Assembly: GCA_951406725.2 (NCBI GenBank)
Contig: OX597821.1
Span: forward strand, 86,614,001-86,678,000
Direction of reading: 5' to 3'
Length of the DNA: 64,000 nt
Source: Octopus vulgaris
Lineage: Eukaryota
Part shown: positions 23,785 to 37,236 of the stretch, one piece after another
How the letters are laid out: every line of letters starts with the position of its first letter
How positions within the stretch are numbered: position 1 is the stretch's first letter
Notes under the pieces: generated by a model
Databases searched by the model: none
What the model was told of the DNA's origin: nothing
What the model saw: the letters and a program-made list of their open reading frames with translations, nothing else
Made by a program: the position numbers and the translations under genes

Positions 23785-25000
23785 TAAAAAGGAACGAGAT
23801 TCCAAGGGAGAGGAAGATCCTCATGAGATGACAGATAAAGGTTGCAAATCGCTTCAACCAACATCTCAAAAGTAGTGAAAGATCCTACCTAAAAACAACA
23901 CTGATGGAGATTGAAAAAAGTCTGCAACAATCCTATGTGAACAAGAGAACAGACAAAGAAGCCTGGGTTATAAAAAAATCAAACCCAAAGGCTTTCTTTC
24001 ATTATACCAAAAAAATGGCGTCAGTGCACTGCAAAATAGGACCCCTCTTCCAGAAGGACGGCTCCCTCACAGATAACCCAACCAGGATCAGTGAAGTAAT
24101 GAATGTCCAGTTCAAAAGTGTCTTTACTACCCTGTTGAAACACAGACAAGTTAAGGAACCAGTGGATTTGTTTGCCACCTATAACCAGGGAGGCAGTTGT
24201 GATAGATTGCATCAACATTGGAGAAGAAAATATAATACTAGCCATAAGTGAGGTGGACTCAAACTCAACTGCTGATCCTGATGGTTTCCCAGCAGTCCTC
24301 CTCAAATCTTGCAAACATGCCCTGGCAAAACCCTGCAGATTCTCTTCCAGAGTTTTCTTGCAAATGGTAAGCTGCCAAGCAAACTGAAGGAGGGAATAAT
24401 ATGCCCAATCCATAAAGGAGGAAGCAGAGCAGATACCAAAAATTACTGGCCTATCTCTCTGACTTCACTCATCAGCAGAGTCATGGCATGGATAGTCAGG
24501 AGGAAACTAATCACATTCCTTGAAGAAAACGACTTGCTGAGTGATATCCAGCATGGTTTTCGACCAGGTAGGAGCTGCCTCACACAGCTCCTACAGCACT
24601 ATGACTGGATGTTGAAGCAGTCACTCGACAACTCAGATGTGGATGTAATATACCTTGACTTTGCAAGAGCTATTGATAAAGTTGATCATGGTACAAAATA
24701 TGCCACAAACTGCATGATCTTGGCATAGCTGGAAAACTTGGAGAGTGGTTACATGACTTTCTGAAAGATAGAAATCAGGCAGTGGTAGCCAATGGAGCCA
24801 CCTCAAAGGAAAGACAAATAATGAGTAGTGTTCCACAGAGCACTGTCTTGGGACCACTGCTTTTCATAGTGGTCCTTTTAGATATGCCCTCAGCTGCCCA
24901 GATAGCCACCCTTGCTAGCTACGCAGACGATATGAAAGTTTCACAGAAAATACAAAACTTTAGCAATGTTGCACACCTGCAGCAGGAGTTGGATACAATT
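23785..25000 (+). mobile_element. Decayed CR1/L2-group LINE, RT region; boundaries approximate
   Basis: NYWPISLTS, QHGFRPGRSCLTQLL, IYLDFARAIDKVDHG, VPQSTVLGPLLF and YADD motifs across frameshifted ORFs. Confidence 0.85.
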
Positions 25001-26553
25001 TATTATTCACTCACTTTTGGTTGAGGATGTAATCATATGACTACACTTTGTTGTTGATGTAACTATATATACAGACAGTCAGTCAGTCAGAAGTCAGTAT
25101 TTTAATCAGAAATTAACCAAGGATTTTGTAAATATCAAAATAAATTTGAAAGCAAACATTTACATCTATGTTCTGATTCTCACAAGTAGATTATTTTGTA
25201 GATTAATTTTGAAGATAAAATATAATTGCCACTCAAAGAGTATGTATTGTAGTCTGTTGTATAGATTGCATCAACATTGGAGAAGAAAATATAATACTAG
25301 CCATAAGTGAGGTGGACTCAAACTCAATGCCAAGATCATGTATAAGTTGATTTATTGAGTTAATTTATAATAATAGTTTTTAATGAAATATCTGGTGAAT
25401 ACTACTTGCAATTAGTTTCAAGATATTTTTCCTGCAGTATTTATAATATTGGTCTAATTGACCATTAGACTGTTGTTGTATGATTGCAAACTCAACTTTA
25501 CTTCATTCTACAAACAAAACCTCAGTTTTTTAGAACTTCAAGCATCTCACTGAATCTTCATAACTGATTGCATTTTGTGTATTTGTTGTTGTTTTTTCTT
25601 TGTCAGTCTTTATTTGTTTGCATTTGTCAATAGCTTCTTACTGTTCTTTAAGATAACATACATATGTATATCTTTGCAAACTTTTGCTTCCTGTTTGAAT
25701 ATTCCTTGATATTTTCCAACTCATATGAAGCTATAATTAATATATTATGTATATTAATAGCTTAGGACATCCAAATATATCATGAAGAATGTCATCTTTT
25801 GTTCCAATTACACAGTTACAATAGCTTTAATAGAGTTGCTATGGTGATGAGATGAATATAGGTAGCCAGACATGTGCGGTCTATACAAACATCAACAAAT
25901 AAAAGCCAAAAGAATTCAGAGCATTAATAAAATGGTGATTATTAATAGCTACTGATGCACTTGATATATGTATGAACCCCACATAGTTTCATTTCACTCA
26001 CCCATCTCACAATAAATCTGAGATTCTGTGTCTGTGAGCCTGTGCTTAACCTCTCAACTCTGCTCGAAATAGCAACCAAATCTTGAGCCATACACTACCA
26101 TTTAAAAGAAAAAGAAACAGAAAGGACACATTAGATAAGGAGGTGGAGGTGCACGGTGCCTAAGAAAGACAGGATGATCTTGGTGGGCATGCTTTTGATT
26201 TTAGGTCTACTCAGTCAGGACTGATAATAGAACTAAACAAATAATATTTGGCATTTGGTGTCTTGTGACCATAGTTTCAATTTTTTATAGAAGGTGTTTT
26301 ACTTCCTTGCAATTTTCATGTCTTTATGTAAGGCCAGAACTTCAAACAACTTGATTTTTTTGGTATCTGAGTTTTTATGTTTGTTTTTGGCTGTAAGTGT
26401 AACTGTGTTGTTCAGAAATCCCCTTTGCAACCTCATCATTCCTGTTTAGATCCTGCTGTTTGGCACTTTGGCCAAGTGTCTAGTATGTAGTTTTGTGGCT
26501 TGTTAGCTTTAGTACAATATAAATTAGTTTTATATATATATATATATATATAT

Positions 26554-26967
26554 GGTGCAGGAATGGCTGTGTGGTAAGTACCTTGCTTACCAACCACATG
26601 GTTCCGGGTTCAGTCCCACTGCGTGGCATCTTGGGCAAGTGTCTTCTGCTATAGCCCCGGGCCAACCAATGCCTTGTGAGTGGATTTGGTAGACGGAAAC
26701 TGAAAGAAGCCTGTCGTATATATGTATATATATATATGTATGTGTTGTGTGTATATGTTTGTGTGTCTGTGTTTGTCCCCCTAGCATTGCTTGACAACCG
26801 ATGCTGGTGTGTTTACGTCCCCGTAACATTAGCGGTTCGGCAAAAGAGACCGATAAAATAAGTACTGGACTTACAAACAATAAGTCCCGGGGTCGATTTG
26901 CTCAACTAAAGGCGGTGCTCCAGCATGGCCGCAGTCAAATGACTGAAACAAGTAAAAGAGTAAAAGA
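26554..26967 (+). mobile_element. SINE family A
   Basis: Full-length match to 10640. Confidence 0.9.
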
Positions 26968-27029
26968 ATAAAATAATATATATATATATATATATTATTT
27001 TATTCTTTTACTATATATATATATATATA

Positions 27030-27441
27030 GGTGCAGGCATGGCTGTGTGGTAAGAAGCTTGCTTCTCAATCATATGGTTCCGGGTTCAGTTCCACTGTGT
27101 AGCCTCTTGGGCAAGTGTCTTCTACTATTACCTTGGGTCACCCAAACCCTTGTGAGTGGATGTGGTAGACGGAAACTGAAAGAAGCCCGTTGTGTATGTA
27201 TCTATGTATATATTTGTGTGTTTGTGTCTGTGTTTGTCACCATCCTCCTACCATCGCTTGGCAATCGATGTTGATGTGTATACATCCCTGTAACTTAGCA
27301 GTTTGGCAAAAGTGACTGATAGAATAAATACTAGGCTTACTAAAAATAAGTCCTGGGGTCAATTTGCTCAACTAAAACCCCTTTAGGTGGTGCTCCAGCA
27401 TGGTTGCAGTCAACTGACTGAAACAAGTAAAAGAATAAAAG
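27030..27441 (+). mobile_element. SINE family A, older variant
   Basis: Same architecture, more diverged. Confidence 0.85.
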
Positions 27442-27444
27442 ACG

Positions 27445-27476
<32 letters not shown>

Positions 27477-28003
27477 AGACAGAGAGAGAGAATTATCATT
27501 ATTGTCATCTTAACACCTACTTTCCCATGCTTGCATAGATGAAATTCATTGAGGTATTTCTATGGGCAGATGCAGTTCCATGTCACTAATCCTCGCTAGT
27601 TTCCAAGCAAAGTAATATTTTTCCCTAGCCCAGACCACATTTTTTGCTAATGATTGCAGATGGATGACAGCACTTAGATAATGATGTTTATTTACAATCA
27701 GCACATGATGTTGAAACAAAGATACCCCTATATATGCGTATATACACACACATGCACAACCTATGCCAGCATGAAAAACATGTAATTGATGACACATACA
27801 CACACACACACACACACATTTATGTGCATACACACCTATCGATTTCCTAACATGGCCATAACCAAATATTTGAAGCTGAAAGTAACTCTGTGTGAGTACA
27901 TGTTTGATTAACAAACAGAAGAAACAAAACAATACATAATTGATTATTTCCTGTGCTAATCTTCCTTTCTTTCCATATATATGTGTATATATATATATAT
28001 ATA

Positions 28004-28170
28004 GGCGCAGGAGTGGCTGTGTGGTAAGTAGCTTGTTTACCAACCACATGGTTCCGGGTTCAGTCCCACTGCGTGGCACCTTGGGCAAGTGTCTTCTGCT
28101 ATAGCCCCGGGCTGACCAAAGCCTTGTGAGTGGATTTGGTAGACGGAAACTGAAAGAAGCCTGTCGTATT

Positions 28171-28215
<45 letters not shown>

Positions 28216-28426
28216 TTGTGTGTCTGTGTTTGTCCCCCTAGCATTGCTTGACAACCGATGCTGGTGTGTTTACATCCCTGTCACTTAGCAGTTCGGCAAA
28301 AAGAGACCGATAGAATAACTACTGGGCTTACAAAGAATAAGTCCCAGGGTCGATTTGCTCAACTAAAGGCAGTGCTCCAGCATGGCCGCAGTCAAATGAC
28401 TGAAACAAGTAAAAGAGTAAAAAGAG
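28004..28426 (+). mobile_element. SINE family A
   Basis: Full-length match. Confidence 0.9.
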
Positions 28427-29365
28427 TATATATATATGATTCCTTTTCTATTGAATCTAGGTCTCATGATTTGCCGAGTTTGTAAACAAATGAATCTAAG
28501 AAATTGTTTTGAGAAATTTGAATCAATTTTTCCTGTAGGCAAAGGTGGGGCATTGCTCTTGTTATTTCCTGGTGACTGCATTGGCACTGATGTTGGCGAA
28601 GAGTTAGTTAATATTTGTTACAAGAAGAACATTGAAACCAGCCACTTACAAATAATTTTTGGAATAATAACACAACGTCAATATAAAATTAGCATGTTAT
28701 CACTTGTACATCTCCTATGCTTCTTACTCTCCTTTACTACTACCAGGAGCGCCTTTCCCATCTCACTGCTGATCTATTTACATGTCCCTTTCACTTTCTG
28801 CACTCCCATTCAGTCATGTCACTTCTAACTACATCACCTATTATCAGCAGCACTATCTTTACCCATTGCTACACTTTAAAAACTAGGTTTTCGCTGTTAT
28901 GAAAGACAGCTGTGAGGTTATGCAATACTTTGTCTTTGTATATAAGACGCACAAACACACATAGGTAGAGAAACAAATTGTTAGCTAAAGAGAGGCATAT
29001 AGATAAATAATATATTTATGAACCTTGAAAGAAAAGCATACATAGGCTAGCATATATACACATCTATATGCACAATATGTGACACACATGTGCATTGTAT
29101 AGTTGTATACAGATTTGAAAACAATACAGTTTGAAAAGCAGGAGGAAATAGCCTGATCTTTCTGTGTTATCAATCCAGCATCTTTTGTTGATTTGGCAAG
29201 AGTGTTAGCCATTACAGAAATAAAAAAAAAATATCACCAAATGCACTTTGAATTTAAATGTACAAGGTTTTTATCACTTTATTAACTTGACTAATTTTAA
29301 ATTAACTCAATAGTTTGCCTTAGTTGCTGCTTAATTCTTTTTTTAAAAAAATACTTGTAATACTA

Positions 29366-29743
29366 GACACAGGAGTGAGTGGCTGTGTGGTAAGTAGCTT
29401 GCTAACCAACCACATGGTTCCGGGTTCAGTCCCACTGCGTGGAATCTTGGGCAAGTGTCTTCTGCTATAGACCCGGGCCGACCAATGCCTTGTGAGTGGA
29501 TTTGGTAGACGGAAACTGAAAGAAGCCCGTCGTATATATGTATATATATATGTGTGTGTGTTTGTCCCCCTAGCATTGCTTGACAACCGATGCTGGTGTG
29601 TTTACATCACTTAGCGGTTCGGCAAAAGACACCGATAGAATAAGTACTAGGCTTACAAAGAATAAGTCCCGGGGTCGATTTGCTCGACTAAAGGCGGTGC
29701 TCCAGCATGGCCACAGTCAAATGACTGAAACAAGTAAAAGAGA
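29366..29743 (+). mobile_element. SINE family A
   Basis: Near full-length match. Confidence 0.9.
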
Positions 29744-29964
29744 ATAATAAAAAAAAAAGCATGATTGTGCAGTTTAAAAGTTTTGCTTTCTGACCAGTTT
29801 ATTCCAAATTTGATCTCACTGTGCAACATCTTGGGCAAGTATCCTCCACCATAGCCTCAAGGTGACAAGTGTGTTATGTGCAAAATTTTCGGTGGAAAGA
29901 AATTGAGTCGAAGCTTATGTGTTTGAGTATATTGGTGTAAATACTCTGGTATATAAGTATACAA

Positions 29965-30196
29965 GGCGGCGAGCTGGCAGAATCGTTAGCAAGCCGGACG
30001 GAATGCTTAGCGGTATTTCGTCTGTCTTCACATTCTGAGTTCAAATTCCGCCGAGGTCGACTTTGCCTTTCGTCCTTTCGTGGTCGATTAAATAAGTACC
30101 AGTTACACACTGGGGTCGATATAATCGACTTAATCCGTTTGTCCGTCCTTGTTTGTCCTCTCTGCGTTTAGCCCCTTGTGGGTAGTACAGAAATAG
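29965..30196 (+). mobile_element. tRNA-derived SINE family B, full length
   Basis: A-box TGGCAGAATCG, B-box GAGTTCAAATTCC; the central GGTCGACTTTGCCTTTC..CCTTTCG..GTCGATTAAATAAGTACCAG resembles the Deu/Nin domain (from memory, not aligned). Confidence 0.85.
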
Positions 30197-30696
30197 GTAT
30201 TTAAGTATATAAAAGTGAGATAACTCTGTCAAACTTAAGCACTTGATAAATAGAGATGAATACAATGAGTACTGATTTATATAATTGAAAATGTTATCCT
30301 CGTGTGGCTACAGTCTAATGACTGAAACCAGTAAAAGAGGTGGAGAAATTTTTACAAGGATTGTAAACATGATAGATAAATGTATGTTAATTATGTGCAT
30401 ACACAGAAATGTATAGTCATGCCCACTGTTTTCCATCAACGGTGGTATTTAAAATATATTATTTCAATAAAAATAATCTGTTTGCTTTGTGAGTTAACAT
30501 GTGAGAGAGATTTACTTCTGTGCATTGCTTGTATCATGTGTATATGTGTGTATACATGTTTCTGTGTGCACTTATATTACATTTGAGTATATGTGGTAAT
30601 GTTTATGGATGGGTGTTGCCTATACACAATTTTTATTGTACACATTGCACATGTGTCTGGAAACATTGCTCATATCTATTGTTCATATCTATATGA

Positions 30697-31094
30697 GGCA
30701 CAGGAGTGGCTGTGTGGTAAGTAGCTTGCTTACCTACCACATGGTTCCAGGTTCAGTCCCACTGTGTGGCACCTTGGGCAAGTGTCTTCTACTATAGCCT
30801 CGGGCCGACCAAAGCCTTGTGAGTGGATTTGGTTGACGGAAACTGAAAAGAAGCCTGTCGTATATATGTATATATATATATGTGTGTGCGTGTGTGTGTT
30901 TGTCCCCCTAGCATTGCTTGACAACCGATGCTGGTGTGTTTATGTCCCCGTCACTTAGCGGTTCGGCAAAAGAGACCGATAGAATAAGTACTGGGCTTAC
31001 AAAGAATAAGTCCTGGGGTTGAGTTGCTTGACTAAAGGCGGTGCTCCAGCTTGGCCGCAGTCAAATGGCTGAAACAAGTAAAAGAGTAAAAGAG
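30697..31094 (+). mobile_element. SINE family A
   Basis: Full-length match. Confidence 0.9.
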
Positions 31095-31450
31095 ATGTAT
31101 TTTTGTAATATGTAATAATATGTATGTGTAATGCCCTTCAGTTTTCTCAAGTCACCCTGCAATGTTGAGCAACCTGTATGTGAATATAATTCCAATAAGC
31201 ATTGGAGAATTGACCTGATGCTACATATTCGTGTTCATGCATACGAACTACATGGATGTACTTGAGCTATCAAGGGAGCCATTACATGTTCACACAGTCT
31301 GCTAAAAATGGCTGCAAAATCCCTTAAATCATACCCTACCATCTTAATTATCTTAAATAAAGATATATTAGATAATGTTGTCCTAGATACTTTTAAAGAA
31401 TAGATGGTTATGACCGGACACCCTGGGACTACACAAGAACATGTAAATTA

Positions 31451-31769
31451 CCCCCAAGACTTATTCTTTGGAAGCCTAGTACTTATTCTATTGGTCTCTT
31501 TAGCCGAACCACTGAGTTACGGGGACGTAAACACACCAGCATCGGTTGTCAAGCAATGCTAGGGGGACAAACACAAACACACACGCACACACATATATAT
31601 ATATACATATATACGACGGGCTTCTTTCAGTTTCCGTCTACCAAATTCACTCAAAAGGCTTTGGTCGGCCCGAGGCTATAGTAGAAGACACTTGCCCTAG
31701 GTGTCACGGAATGGAACTGAACCCGGAACCATGTGGTTCGTAAGCAAGCTACTTACCACACAGCCACTC
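31451..31769 (-). mobile_element. SINE family A, lacking its 3' end
   Basis: Reverse-complement match. Confidence 0.85.
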
Positions 31770-32230
31770 TGTGAAGTTTAATTTCTAAATTAATAAGTCA
31801 GTGTTTAATTATATCACTATTTCCTTGTGTAGAAATGACAGAATGTAGCGCTAAATGTTGTGCAGTATTTAATCATCTCAGGTTTACATTTTGGGTTTAA
31901 ATCCCGTTGTAATTAACTTTACTGTTTTAACCTGTGACAACACTGATGCTAAGCTGTATAGGTCCTAACCCAAGTTGGTAACCTTCCTTTTGGATAAACA
32001 TTAGTGACATAAAGTGGGGAAACTTGCATGCTTGGGCAACTGCCAGTTGTCTTCAAAACATATAAATGTTGCCCAGGCCTGCACATACATGTGTAGATGC
32101 ATGGTCAACTGTGATTGATGGAGGCTCCTTAGGTTAACAAAATCCCTCTTGGAGTGTTTAAAATCCCAAAATAATAAGCAAGTAAGATAATTTCAATATG
32201 ATCAGTTGTCAGAAATTATTAGAGATTGTA

Positions 32231-32716
32231 GGCACAGGCATGGCTGTGTGGTTAAGAATACTGTTTCCCAGCCACATGGTCTTGGTTTCAGTCCTACTGC
32301 ATGGCACCTTGGTCAAGTGTCTTCTTCTATAGCTCTGGGCTGACCAAAGCCTTCTGAGTTGATTTGCATACAGAAACTGAAAAAAAGTCTGTCCTGTGTT
32401 TGTGTGTATGTATGTATAACCTATATAGCAGATATGTATAAAGGGCAAGAGAGAGGGTGGGGAGATGTGTGTTTGTGTGTATCCTTGTCTAGATATCACA
32501 AAATTGTTATAAATGGGCATAATTGTCATACAGGCAAGGTTGTTTACTTCCAGTGTTCCATGAAATGTATGTTTGGTTGTGGGGAAATATTACCTTATTT
32601 GGAAACCACTGAGGCTTGGCAATAAGAAGAGCATCCAGCTGTAGAAAAATCTGCCTCACTAAAATACCTTCTGCCCCATGCAAGCATGGAAGAGCAGACA
32701 TTAAATGATGATGATG
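32231..32716 (+). mobile_element. SINE family D: family A head with a different body and an RTE-A-like 3' end; other copies near 27495-27720(-), 34576-35314(-), 35750-36070(+), 36553-36966(+)
   Basis: GGCACAGGCATGGCTGTGTGG head; ends GCATCCAGCTGTAGAAAA..CATGCAAGCATGGAA..ACATTAAATGATGATGATG. Confidence 0.75.
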
Positions 32717-34919
32717 CAAATTGGAGCATATCTAGTTTATACTGTCCAAATTTCAAGATTCTAAACGCCTCTTTGAGTTTTAGCTCCCTATTGTTCTGTT
32801 AACCACAACTGATCAAAAATTCCCAACTCTCAATATTACATATGTAACACTCTACTCTGTTTGAATTCAGTTTGCTGCTGTTGATATATCTCTTTGAGAC
32901 GTAACAAGGCACTGCTAAGTAAGGTCAGAAACTCAATCGTTGTTGTATAAGAAATGAATTGTGTCATCCATTACCAAATCAGTGATATTTGATATGAATC
33001 TTGAAACCATTTCCTTACTCATTTTAAAGGGTTTATAAAGAATAGTGTTCTATATATTTCTGTTCTGTTAAGGAGGCTAGTCTGTTGGCTCAGGAAAAAT
33101 TTCCCTAAACAGTTATTCTCTTCACTCAGTATACTGAGGTATATAGATTGTTTTGCTCAAAGAAACAACTAAACTCTTACTATGAGATATAAAGTTACAG
33201 CCATGAGTTAATACCTCAATACCTTTTTTTCAACTTGGCCATTTTACTTTTCTGTTTTTGGCATGTACATTTTTATTTTATCACATTCTACCCTGAAATG
33301 TGAGAGGCATGTTGGATAATGTAACCTTCCTAGAAAGGCAATCCCTGAGAAAAAGTTGGGATTGTTATAGTTTTTGAACACAGGTTTTTGTAATGTTCAG
33401 TTAGTGTTGCCCTATGGCTAATCAACAGCTATTTGCTTCATCCGTAAACCAAATCGAATAAGGAGGTTTATTGACTTAAAACACTAATGCATTGTGGTTA
33501 TAACAGTGTGTGTGTCTTATATATGCCCTCAGTATTTTCATATCTGTATGTTAGCTTGTTAAAACTGTATTTTTGACAAGGTGAGTCCTTCCATGTGGCA
33601 CCATGTGAAGTTATACACATTGCAAAGCTGTTGTTTTTATAACTGTAAACTTTGCATTGGAATGCTAACAATATCTCAGTGAGGTATTTTATTATGCTCA
33701 TAAGTGTTGCTTTTATTTAAACATTTCACCATTCCAAATGTAAATTGTACAACAAAAAATTAATTATCTGTCATCTCTTCAGCATTTATTGTTTTCTTTT
33801 TCCTGCTGTTATGCCAAATGGATAATTTAGGCAGACTTATTTTAATAAGTGTGTGTATGTGTTTGGAAGATTTCCACTTACCTTAAATTGAGATTTTATT
33901 GGAGCAGAAGTGGCTGAATTTGAAAAGAGAGAAATGTTTTCTACAGATTCCTTTCATTACGCAGCCAACAATCGGTAAGAAAGAATATGGGGATTAGTGA
34001 TGTAGAGTGTGAAAGTGGTGGTTTAACATCATTGGCAGAAATTTTACATACGTTGCTGATTAAAAAGAATTACAGTTGCAACATTACTGCAAAACTGTGC
34101 TAAGTGTTGGTACGTCTGCCTCACCACATCATTATTATGTATTCCTCTTATTTTTTTAGTCATTTCAAAAGGTATTGAAATTTCACAGCACTTGCCAGAA
34201 GTGCTCCAGCTTCCTTTTGATGATTGAATTTCTGAACAGGAAGTTGCTCAGACCGATCCAAAAGTCATAACGTAGATGGTGTGCAACTATAATGTTCCTT
34301 TCCATTTTTGTAATGTTTCTTCTATTCTCAATTTTTTTTTTCGTATCTTTTTTCACTTCCCACTTACAAGTTTTTTGTCTCGGGTGTTTGTGTATGTATG
34401 ATTTTATTGGTGTGTTTGTGTGTATGCTTTTTATGCAATTGGTCTTTTTTCATATTTGTTGCATGTGCGTGAAAGAGAGGTAGGCATGAAAAGCCATTTT
34501 GTTGGTAAAATGACTAATGTTGCAATAGTTGAAGTGAAATATGGGCATCCTGTCGGCAGATAGCAACTGTTGAGTATCATCATCATCATCAACAGCATTG
34601 TTTAATGGCCACTTTTCCATGCTTGCAGAGGCTGGACAGAATTTGTTGATGCAGATTTTCCATGGCCGGATACCCTTCCTGTCATCCAACTTTATGAGTT
34701 TCCAAGTAAGGTAATATTTCCCTGTGGTCAAACATGTTTTCCATGGAAGACTGGAAATGAAGACTCACTTGCATGATGGCAATGCACATCTACAATAACC
34801 ATATGATGTGAAGACAAGGGTACACACATATACATATACCTACATACATGTGTACGTGATGGACTTCTCAATTTCAGTCCACCAGATTCATTCACAAGGC
34901 TTCAGTTAGTGTTGGCTAT

Positions 34920-35213
34920 CATCATCATCATCATTGTTCGACCGTGGTCGAGACAATGGAATTTACCATGCTACGCCAGACGTCACGGTCCATCATAGCA
35001 TTACGGAGGTCCTGTTGCTGGATGCCTGTATCACTGAAGATTACATCAGGGTAGGAGAGTGTGTGCCTTCTGGCATTGCGAGTAGATGGCTTCCAGGGGA
35101 GAAGAGTAGAAATTGCCTCGTTTTCAGCTCTACAACAATGTCCAGCAAACTGGACTCTCCTACCTTTCACAAGAGATGACACAGGTGGTAGTTTCCCATA
35201 TATTTGCATTTTG
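34920..35213 (-). mobile_element. 5'-truncated RTE family B copy inserted into a family D SINE
   Basis: Reverse complement of ~2878-3167; TSD GTTGGCTAT at 34911-34919 and 35214-35222. Confidence 0.9.
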
Positions 35214-36093
35214 GTTGGCTATAGTATAAGACACTTGCCCAAGGTACCATACTTTGAGACTGAACCCAGAAACACATGGTTGGGAAGCTAACTTCTTAAC
35301 CACACAGCCACACCTTTTATAATTATAAAAATTCTGCTCCATTGAACTCTATGTACCGTAGTAGAAGCAAGATGACTGAGTAGATAAGGTGTTGTGCTAG
35401 CTACACTTTAGTTGTGAGTTCAGTCCTGCTGCAGGGACACTTCTGCATTGTCTCTTTTTTCCTGGCTGTTGGGAAATAGGTACCAAATCAATCTAGGAAT
35501 GTTATCTGCAATAGCTAGCATCCTATCCAGGTAAATTTTTGTCCCTTGTGTTTCATGTCCTATAAACAGAATGAAGCACCAGCCAGTCAAACCATTCATC
35601 AGAGTGAACAATGTTTATATTATATCTATACCTTTATATGTGCATCATCTGTTCAAATATATTCTCTTTAGTTATATATATTTATATACACACTCGAGTA
35701 TATTATTTCTTTGTAGAAACATACGTGTGTGTGTTTGTGTGTATGCAAGACAGCTTGGGAAAATATATTCTACTATAGCTCCAAGCTAACCAAAGCCTTT
35801 GAGTGAATTTGATAGATGGTGTGTGTGTGTGTGCATCCTGTTCTTGGTGTCATGTGTTAATTGTAAATGAGTGTCAGTGTCACACTAGAACTATCAATCA
35901 TTTCCAATATTCTGCAAGAACATTTCTGATGATGTGGGGATATTACCTTGTTTGGAAACAGGTGAGGGTTGGTGGCAGGAAGGACATCTTACCATGGAAA
36001 AACTGTTTCAATAAACTCCTTCCAACCCATGCAAGCATGGAAAAGTGGATGTTAAAATGATGATGATGAGGATATATACACTTTCACACATGT

Positions 36094-36386
36094 TGTTTGT
36101 TTCTTCTCGATCCACACTTGGCTCATAAGGGCCAGTTTCCTTTGCGTATAGGTTCCCCACCTGGACGGGACGCCAGTCCATCACAGGTGAGCTGCAAGAT
36201 GCAGGAGGAAAGAATGAGAGAAAGTTATGGCGAAAGAGTCAGTAGAAGTTCGCCATTACCTTCTGCCAGAGCTGCGTGGAGATTAGGTGTTTCACTCATA
36301 AACACACATCGCCTGGTCTGAGATTTGAACCCGCAATCCCTCGACTGCAAGTCTGCTGCTCTAACCATTAGGCCATGTGCCTCCAC
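36094..36386 (-). mobile_element. SINE family C variant with a different 3' half
   Basis: Head GTGGAGGCACATGGCCTAATGGTTAGAGC; 11-bp TSD TTCACACATGT (36083-36093 and 36387-36397). Confidence 0.85.
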
Positions 36387-37029
36387 TTCACACATGTGCA
36401 CATGCATTAAATCTTACTCTTACCATATGCATATTTCCTAGTGGCATACATAATAGACAGTGTTTACCATCCTTCACATTATTCAGCAAAATCTATGACA
36501 AGTTTTCTGTAAACAAATCAAAGACTGAATTCCAATCTAGATATTAAATCTAGGTGCAGGCGTTGATGTGTGGCTAAGAAGCATGCTTTTTGACCATGTG
36601 TCTTGGGCTCAGTCTTACTGTGCAGTACCTTGGTCAAATGTCTTCTACTACAACCCTGGGCCAACCATAGCCTTATGAATGGATTTGGTTGGCAAATATA
36701 TGTGCGTGTGTGTGTGTGTGTCTATCTGTGTACTCTTGTCCTGATGTCACACGGTGGTTGTAAATGAGTAGCACCATCATACAAGTGGTGCTGTTCATTT
36801 CCAGTCTTTCATGAAAGACATGTCTGAGCATGGGAAATACCACCTTGCTTTGAAACAAGCGAGGGTGAGCCACAGGAAATTCATGTGGCTATAGAATATT
36901 TGCCTCAACAAATTCCATCTGATCACGGAAAGCTTGGAAAAGTGGATATTAAAAGATGATAGTGATGTCCTATCCAAGTGAAATTCTACAAATGCTGTTG
37001 GGTTTATATAGAAAATGAATATTCTCTTC

Positions 37030-37236
37030 TACTCTAGGCACAAGGCCCAAATTTTTGGGGAGAGGCCAGTCGATAAGATCGATCCTCCAGTACACAAATG
37101 GTACTTAATTCATCGACCCCAAAAGGATGAAATGCAAAGTCAACATCAGCAGAATTTGAACTCAGAATGTAAAGATAGGCGAAATACTGCTAAGCATTTA
37201 GCCCGGCGTGCTAACATTTCTGCCAGCTTGCTGCCT
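37030..37236 (-). mobile_element. SINE family B copy (further decayed copies near 40395-40590 and 61655-61840)
   Basis: Reverse-complement similarity to 29965. Confidence 0.7.
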
